Virus genome (UHGV): UHGV-0033085
Source of the DNA: a virus
Length of the DNA stretch: 64,000 nt
Strand: one strand, 5' to 3'
The position numbers and the translations under genes were made by a program. Under the pieces are notes generated by a model. The model did no database searches. It saw nothing but the letters and a program-made list of their open reading frames with translations, and had not been told where the DNA came from. Below are positions 58,776-64,000 of the stretch, piece after piece. Numbering within the stretch: the first letter of the stretch is position 1; each line of letters opens with the position of its first letter.

Positions 58776-58976
58776 ATGATCAAAATCTATCTATTGGCAG
58801 TAGCCACAGGCGTTTCAGTGGCTCTCATCTACGGTTTACTGGTTCCGTCGCTGATTTCTACCAAGAGTGATTTAGCCGTCATGTTTGGAGTTATCGTTGG
58901 TTTTGGTGCTCCTGTAATCGGTCTTATTGCTGGTCGTAAGTTTATCAACTCATTAATCAAAGCAAAGGGGAAATAA
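58776..58976 (+). CDS. small two-TM membrane protein
   Basis: 66 aa, two hydrophobic helices; precedes SPFH gene by 3 nt. Confidence 0.4.
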   Translation: MIKIYLLAVATGVSVALIYGLLVPSLISTKSDLAVMFGVIVGFGAPVIGLIAGRKFINSLIKAKGK

Positions 58977-58979
58977 GTA

Positions 58980-59810
58980 ATGAAGAAAGGTTTACTTGCA
59001 GTTGCTCTGGCGGCTATTTGCACAATGGGTCTTACTGGCTGTGATCGCGTGGAGCCTGGATACGTTGGCATCAAAGTAAACAAATTAGGTGAAGACAAAG
59101 GGATCGGTGAAGTGGTTGGCGTTGGTCGCCAATGGACAGGTCTTAACACCGAACTTTACGTATTCCCGACCTTCAAACAAATGAAGACCTACGACGAGCC
59201 GTTCACATTCCAGATGAGTGACGGTACTGCTATTGGTCACAAAATTGGCGTTGCGTATCTGGTTAATCGTGACAAGGTAACGACGGTGTTCCAGACCTAT
59301 CGCAAAGGCGTAGACGATATCACCGAATCAGATCTGCGTCAGAAAATTGCCGACTCTCTAAACCGTTTGGCCAGCCGTATGACCACTGACTCATTTATCG
59401 ACGGTGGTAAGGCGCAATTGCTGGACAACGCACTGAAAGATATTCAGAAAGAGATGTCTCCGGTTGGTATTGAGGTACTGAGCCTGTCATGGGTTGGAAA
59501 GCCTGATTACCCAAAAACCGTCATTGAATCTATCAACGCCAAAGTAACGGCTAACCAGCGTACTCTGCAACGTCAGCAGGAAGTTGAACAGCGTAAAGCT
59601 GAGGCGAATATGCTACGTGAACAGGCTAATGGTGAAGCTGATGCTATCCGTGCTCGTGCGCAAGCAGAAGCCGACGCCATTCGTCTGCGCGGTGAAGCTC
59701 TGCGTCAAAACCCGAACGTTATGGAGCTGGAAGTCATCAATAAATGGAATGGCCAGTTACCGCAGTACATGACTCAAGGGGCTAACACTCCTTTCATTAC
59801 AGTGAAATAA
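58980..59810 (+). CDS. SPFH/band-7 domain lipoprotein
   Basis: Lipobox LTGC after signal peptide; SPFH-like core; C-terminal Ala/Glu/Arg-rich coiled coil. Confidence 0.6.
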   Translation: MKKGLLAVALAAICTMGLTGCDRVEPGYVGIKVNKLGEDKGIGEVVGVGRQWTGLNTELYVFPTFKQMKTYDEPFTFQMSDGTAIGHKIGVAYLVNRDKVTTVFQTYRKGVDDITESDLRQKIADSLNRLASRMTTDSFIDGGKAQLLDNALKDIQKEMSPVGIEVLSLSWVGKPDYPKTVIESINAKVTANQRTLQRQQEVEQRKAEANMLREQANGEADAIRARAQAEADAIRLRGEALRQNPNVMELEVINKWNGQLPQYMTQGANTPFITVK

Positions 59811-59825
59811 CTCCCCTAAAAAGTT

Positions 59826-59853
59826 CAGGCGTCCAGTTGGACGCCTTTTTTAT
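59826..59853 (+). terminator. rho-independent terminator
   Basis: AGGCGTCC-AGTT-GGACGCCT followed by TTTTTATC. Confidence 0.7.
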
Positions 59854-59901
59854 CGCAATTATCTTATTAAGAAAACAATTTGTTTAAAAGGATAAGAAAA
59901 C

Positions 59902-60327
59902 ATGACAGTTATTAAGAAACTCTACGATGCCGCAAACGTGGCTCTGGATGTTATTGATGATGAAGTAGCAAAAGGCTTTCCTGAACCTGATTGGGCGCAT
60001 CAGCTACGAAACGCTATCGCCGAAATGAATCCACCAGATCCGACCACCGACGAGACAGACTGGCAGCGATTTATCCGTATGTACGCTCAGGAAATAGGTC
60101 CAACGCCAACGGCAGAGCAAGCAATGCTGCTGAAATACTTCAAAGAGGCGGGAGAGGATTTACCAATTGATGACTCAGCATATTGGTTCCACTGCACATG
60201 GCGTAAGTATGACGTGATATTCACACAAGGCATGGGGAGCAAAGATATGGTTGTGTGGCATCTACTCCATATAGACACAGCCGTTGACAGAGTTATTGAA
60301 CAGTTTTTCCCTAAACAAGAAGATTGA
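59902..60327 (+). CDS. hypothetical protein
   Basis: 141-aa ORF. Confidence 0.35.
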   Translation: MTVIKKLYDAANVALDVIDDEVAKGFPEPDWAHQLRNAIAEMNPPDPTTDETDWQRFIRMYAQEIGPTPTAEQAMLLKYFKEAGEDLPIDDSAYWFHCTWRKYDVIFTQGMGSKDMVVWHLLHIDTAVDRVIEQFFPKQED

Positions 60328-60382
60328 TCGCCTATTCATAACTAACAAAATAAGTAAACACTAACCACAAAAGGAAAAACAC

Positions 60383-60658
60383 ATGAGAGTTTTAGTTCGA
60401 ATCGTTACCAGCACTGTCTATGACGTGTTTCCGCTTTTTATGGTCAAAGCCGATGGCCTTAACGACGAAGAAACTGACGCGCTGATCCAGCGTATTCTCG
60501 TTGAATATACAGGTCATGACGCTGATTCAGTGATGGTTGATGATGATGGTGTTTGTTGGCATAACGGCAACTGTTGGTACGTAGAAGAGACTCAACAAAT
60601 CAGTGATGAAGATGCCGCACATCTTGAGCGTATTTTAAGCATCAGCACTTTTGAGTGA
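60383..60658 (+). CDS. hypothetical protein
   Basis: 91-aa ORF, CACATG start context. Confidence 0.35.
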   Translation: MRVLVRIVTSTVYDVFPLFMVKADGLNDEETDALIQRILVEYTGHDADSVMVDDDGVCWHNGNCWYVEETQQISDEDAAHLERILSISTFE

Positions 60659-60697
60659 GTTTACAGTAAAATTTATATAAGTTAGTATCTACCTATC

Positions 60698-60877
60698 ATG
60701 AAGATTTTTATTGAATACTTGTTACTCATCGTTTCAATAGCTTTTGTCATCGACTGCATTTTCACCGGTGTCATTCGTAAAGTCTTTTCCCCGGTGAACG
60801 ACGTAGTCATAAACGCTTTGGCTATCGTGCTCGTATTTAATTCAGCATTTGATGTAATCAAAGAGGTGGCAGCATGA
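60698..60877 (+). CDS. small membrane protein (59 aa, not in ORF track)
   Basis: Two hydrophobic segments; ATGA-coupled to next ORF. Confidence 0.3.
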   Translation: MKIFIEYLLLIVSIAFVIDCIFTGVIRKVFSPVNDVVINALAIVLVFNSAFDVIKEVAA

Positions 60878-61209
60878 AGGCCATCCCATTCGCGCTGTTG
60901 TTCCTTTCTTCGATCGTTGTGGCCGACACCACTGTTTATCAGTGTGAAATGTCTGTAGCCGACGTTAAGAATGGCGCTCTTACCGACGTCATAAAAGCAC
61001 CATATGGAGCGATGGTCGTAGACAGCGGCGACCAGTTCTATGTTGTGCGTGACGATCGAGTGTTGTCATCCCCATATCTCACAAATCGTAATGGCAAATT
61101 AACCGGCGTCGGAGAAGACCACTTCGTATACAACAAATACAAGGGCTTCTATGGTGTTCACGCTTCTCAGCAAAGCTACCTTTTCGATGACTGCAAGGAG
61201 GTTGGATAA
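60874..61209 (+). CDS. secreted/periplasmic hypothetical protein
   Basis: N-terminal signal peptide MKAIPFALLFLSSIVVA. Confidence 0.4.
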   Translation: MKAIPFALLFLSSIVVADTTVYQCEMSVADVKNGALTDVIKAPYGAMVVDSGDQFYVVRDDRVLSSPYLTNRNGKLTGVGEDHFVYNKYKGFYGVHASQQSYLFDDCKEVG

Positions 61210-61421
61210 TGGCATTAACACTGGCAGGTCTGGAAATCGAGAAAACAAGCGGCTACTGGCGTGCTAAGGGTTTCAAGCAGCCTGGCATTCTTGAGCGTCT
61301 GGAACGTGAAGATGGGTATATCGTCCACCAGCGGCGTGAATGGCGTATGTACGATCCAGAAACAGGAAAACTGACTACAAAAGCCGGAACACTTTGGGGT
61401 CTGTTAAAGAAAATACACTAA
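61209..61421 (+). CDS. hypothetical protein
   Basis: 70-aa ORF. Confidence 0.3.
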   Translation: MALTLAGLEIEKTSGYWRAKGFKQPGILERLEREDGYIVHQRREWRMYDPETGKLTTKAGTLWGLLKKIH

Positions 61422-61466
61422 ATGCAAACTGACTGCGGCACGTTCCGCAGTCATATTTCATAGTCG

Positions 61467-61951
61467 TCACCGCTGACAGCATACACAATCAACTACCGCT
61501 GATAGCATATCGAGAGTCTATCTCACCGCTCACAGCATACTTTACTCGATTTTTTACCGCTGACAGCATACTTAAGACATTGCATGAATAATGTGTACCG
61601 GTATGGGTATAACCAGAACAAAATTACCGCTGGCAGCATACGAAGGTCTGACATATACCATTAATTACCGCTGATAGCATATCCAAACAAAAATTCCTCA
61701 ATAAAACACCGCTGACAGCATACGTTCTATCAGGGAGCAGCAGGCAATAAATGCCTTTCACTACAAGCAATCAGCGCAATAGCAATAGAATGTTAGTGAG
61801 CGCAAACCTATATGGAATGCACTCTTCGAGGTTAGTAACCACTGGGGAGGTATGACAGAGCATTGAGTGGTGATAGATGATTTACCGCCCACAGCATACG
61901 TTCATCTCACTATACCGCTGGTAGCATACATTTCACCGCTGACAGCATATC
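61467..61951. repeat. iteron array downstream of repA (about 10 copies of YACCGCTGACAGCATAC; incA-like)
   Basis: Direct repeats at about 61467, 61493, 61521, 61554, 61624, 61674, 61707, 61882, 61912, 61932. Confidence 0.8.
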
Positions 61952-63044
61952 AAAGCAGTTTGAGACTATTGGAAAGGATCTCAATCATCTTGATATTTTC
62001 AGGCGTCAAATTCTGCGAAAGTTCGGTTATCTTGTTGATAATGTTCTGTTTGGCATCAATTTCCCCAGCTTTCTCATCTAGTTTTTTGGGTTCGATGTCT
62101 TCAGGTTTTGGCGGTGCGACTTTGAGTTTTGGATTGCGGCTGTGAATCTGGATATAGATCGACCGCCCTCGCTTAATCTCGCTGTATTCGAGATAACCCA
62201 AATCTTGGAGAGCTTTTAAGCCGTTGCGTATAGTCTGATTCTGCGAGCTGACATTCCTGCTACTCAAATTGAGTCGCGCACGCAATCGAGCAAGCGATAC
62301 CGGCGCAGGCTTGGTTGGAAGACTTTCGATGAAGGTGTACAGAGCCTGTGCTGTTTCTTTGCGTGGTAGCTTATTGATAACCTTTAACTGCAAAAGAACC
62401 TTATGGTCAAAGCGATATAGTTCGGCCAGCTTCGGTTCTGCATAGAACACCACCGTATCTTTCTGCTCGTTGTAGTCCACGCTATTGATGAGGTGCACCA
62501 TCAGAAGCGAGATCTTGTTAGAGCCGTCGACGTTCTTTTCTTCATACGTTCTCTGGAAAGACAGAGTTGTACGCATGATCTTCAAAAGACTGTTTGTAAG
62601 CCGGTCGCGGAGTGTTTTGCGGATCTGTGACGATGGATAGCCACAAAACTTCGCAAATTTCGTGATGCTTAACTCGACACGACCGTTAGGTTCGCCGTAT
62701 TCTGCCAGCGAACGCACAACGCCCACCCACGTTTTGAAATCATGATCCATGTCGAGACGAGGACCGGTTATCTTGATATCGGAATAGCCTTCAGAACGGG
62801 CTACTTCGAGCTGAACAAGCTCCTTTGAAGCATCGATCTCATTTGGCTTGTTACGCTTGCTGTATTTTGTCCCCTTGAGCGTGGGCACGAACAATCCCAG
62901 CCGCATCAACGCAATTGGTTGGACTGTATTGTTGCTATTAGGGACAAGTTCCCCTGTGTACAATTCAAGGGAACCTTCTTCAAAGTTGTCGATGTTATCT
63001 TCTACTTCTTTGTTATTTTTACCTTTTTTATTTTTTGTGGACAT
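61950..63044 (-). CDS. repA: RepA plasmid replication initiator (P1 RepA-like)
   Basis: Segments NSNNTVQPIALMRLG and DIKITGPRLDMDHDFKTW match P1 RepA from memory; ATG 63044 with AAGGTG upstream; listed N-extension lies over iterons. Confidence 0.75.
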   Translation of the reverse strand: MSTKNKKGKNNKEVEDNIDNFEEGSLELYTGELVPNSNNTVQPIALMRLGLFVPTLKGTKYSKRNKPNEIDASKELVQLEVARSEGYSDIKITGPRLDMDHDFKTWVGVVRSLAEYGEPNGRVELSITKFAKFCGYPSSQIRKTLRDRLTNSLLKIMRTTLSFQRTYEEKNVDGSNKISLLMVHLINSVDYNEQKDTVVFYAEPKLAELYRFDHKVLLQLKVINKLPRKETAQALYTFIESLPTKPAPVSLARLRARLNLSSRNVSSQNQTIRNGLKALQDLGYLEYSEIKRGRSIYIQIHSRNPKLKVAPPKPEDIEPKKLDEKAGEIDAKQNIINKITELSQNLTPENIKMIEILSNSLKLL

Positions 63045-63063
63045 GTGGACACCTTTGTCATTC

Positions 63064-63168
63064 AACCGCTGACAGCATACTTGATTTGCCGCTGACAGAA
63101 TACCAAAAACAGTTGGCAGCATACGGTGAACCGCTGACAGACTATCAATTACCGCTGACAGCATACAT
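63064..63168. repeat. iteron array upstream of repA (4-5 copies; incC/origin-like)
   Basis: ACCGCTGACAGCATAC-type repeats at 63064, 63087, 63129, 63149 plus partial at 63112. Confidence 0.75.
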
Positions 63169-63206
63169 GAACATGACTTCAGACCAGTCGTGGCGCGGCT
63201 TACAGC

Positions 63207-63280
63207 GATCGGGGATCTTATTTGATCTATATAAGGATCTATCTATGGATCTCTTTATTAGGATCTATCCTGTGGATATG
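63207..63280. other. origin-like region: GATC cluster plus DnaA-box-like site
   Basis: Six GATC within 60 bp (63207-63266) and TGTGGATAT (8/9 match to DnaA box complement) at 63271. Confidence 0.55.
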
Positions 63281-63365
63281 TGAATAATTAAAACAGGCAT
63301 TTACTACCTTCGGCGCACCTGGTGGGTTATCGTTGCCTCGGCTAACAATCACAGAAAAATGACAT

Positions 63366-63965
63366 ATGGATCTAAAACGCACGCGCTGGGTTCGTCGTCT
63401 TGAAGACGGCTCCTACACTATCGAATCAAATTCCAACCTGAATAAGCAGAAGTTGCTTTGTGACATCTGCGGTATAGCGGCGAAGTGCCCGATCTACGAA
63501 ACCAGAATTAAACTTGATAAGGCTGGTGTGAATTTTCATTTAAACAGTTGCATCAGGTACGTTCCATTACTCGCATTTCGTAAACCGATCATCGGATTGG
63601 ATGCTCCCTACTTCAACACACTCCGTTCAGGTGTGACGTGGCGAGATCGTTTATCACCAGACAAGCTGATTTGCCTCGTATCCGCAGACACAGGGAAAAT
63701 CATCCGTTTTGGGAAAGTAGACAAGGTTTACTCAGGCCCAGTAGACGAAATGTTGCGGAAACACAGCCGGTTTAATCATCTCTGTATGGGTGGTGAGAAA
63801 ATCGAGAAGGTAGAAGAAGTGATCCGCAAATCCTACGGACACTTTCTGACCAAAGATAGCCTGCTCACCGCAATCTACATCAGACATGTAAAACGTGAGT
63901 TCGACCTCGAATACCACAGCGAAGAAGAGCCTGGCTTTTCGCAGATCGTATACAGAAGGTCGTAA
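63366..63965 (+). CDS. hypothetical protein
   Basis: 199-aa ORF adjacent to origin. Confidence 0.35.
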   Translation: MDLKRTRWVRRLEDGSYTIESNSNLNKQKLLCDICGIAAKCPIYETRIKLDKAGVNFHLNSCIRYVPLLAFRKPIIGLDAPYFNTLRSGVTWRDRLSPDKLICLVSADTGKIIRFGKVDKVYSGPVDEMLRKHSRFNHLCMGGEKIEKVEEVIRKSYGHFLTKDSLLTAIYIRHVKREFDLEYHSEEEPGFSQIVYRRS

Positions 63966-64000
63966 TGGATTACCGGATTGGGATCACTGGTGCTCAGGGC

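Noticed and set aside
63045-63164. N-terminal 40-aa extension of the RepA ORF as listed in the ORF track
   Set aside because: The extension runs through the upstream iteron array; the internal ATG at 63044 has an RBS and begins the conserved RepA sequence
61467-63168. CRISPR array interpretation of the ACCGCTGACAGCATAC repeats
   Set aside because: Repeats are about 17 bp with irregular spacing (12-140 bp), flank a RepA gene on both sides and have no cas genes nearby; they are plasmid iterons

Overview
This window reads as a temperate siphovirus-type phage-plasmid segment, with almost all genes on the + strand; every call below comes from reading the sequence and ORF translations by eye, with no database search run. 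Layout: (1) 0.1-2.9 kb accessory genes (ParB-like nuclease-domain protein, P-loop ATPase, small unknowns); (2) 3-31 kb packaging, head and a lambda-like tail module (TerS, TerL, portal, scaffold, capsid, Ig-like decoration protein, major tail protein, G/GT chaperones, tape measure, M/L/K/I/J-like proteins, long tail fibre with C-terminal auto-chaperone), then a lysis cassette with embedded spanin pair; (3) 32-35 kb plasmid maintenance (GNAT/DUF1778 toxin-antitoxin on the - strand, ParA partition pair) plus a freestanding GIY-YIG nuclease gene; (4) 36-60 kb T4/T5-style replication-recombination module (DnaB-like helicase, primase, ATP-dependent ligase, four tRNAs, tyrosine recombinase, XRE-type repressor, CobT/CobS-like vWA + AAA+ pair, DnaE polymerase interrupted by an HNH endonuclease, gp32-like SSB, 5'-3' exonuclease, RecA/UvsX-like recombinase, SPFH lipoprotein); (5) 61.4-63.3 kb P1-type RepA replicon flanked by iteron arrays and a GATC-rich origin. 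Most notable observations: the split DnaE with HNH insertion; two families of dispersed palindromic motifs upstream of many genes (candidate operators/promoters) with a candidate cognate repressor; a 31-bp perfect inverted-repeat site next to the tyrosine recombinase; a glutaredoxin-like gene with an in-frame TGA; a repeat-rich structured noncoding island around the tRNAs; and function-unknown CobT/CobS-like and SPFH modules.
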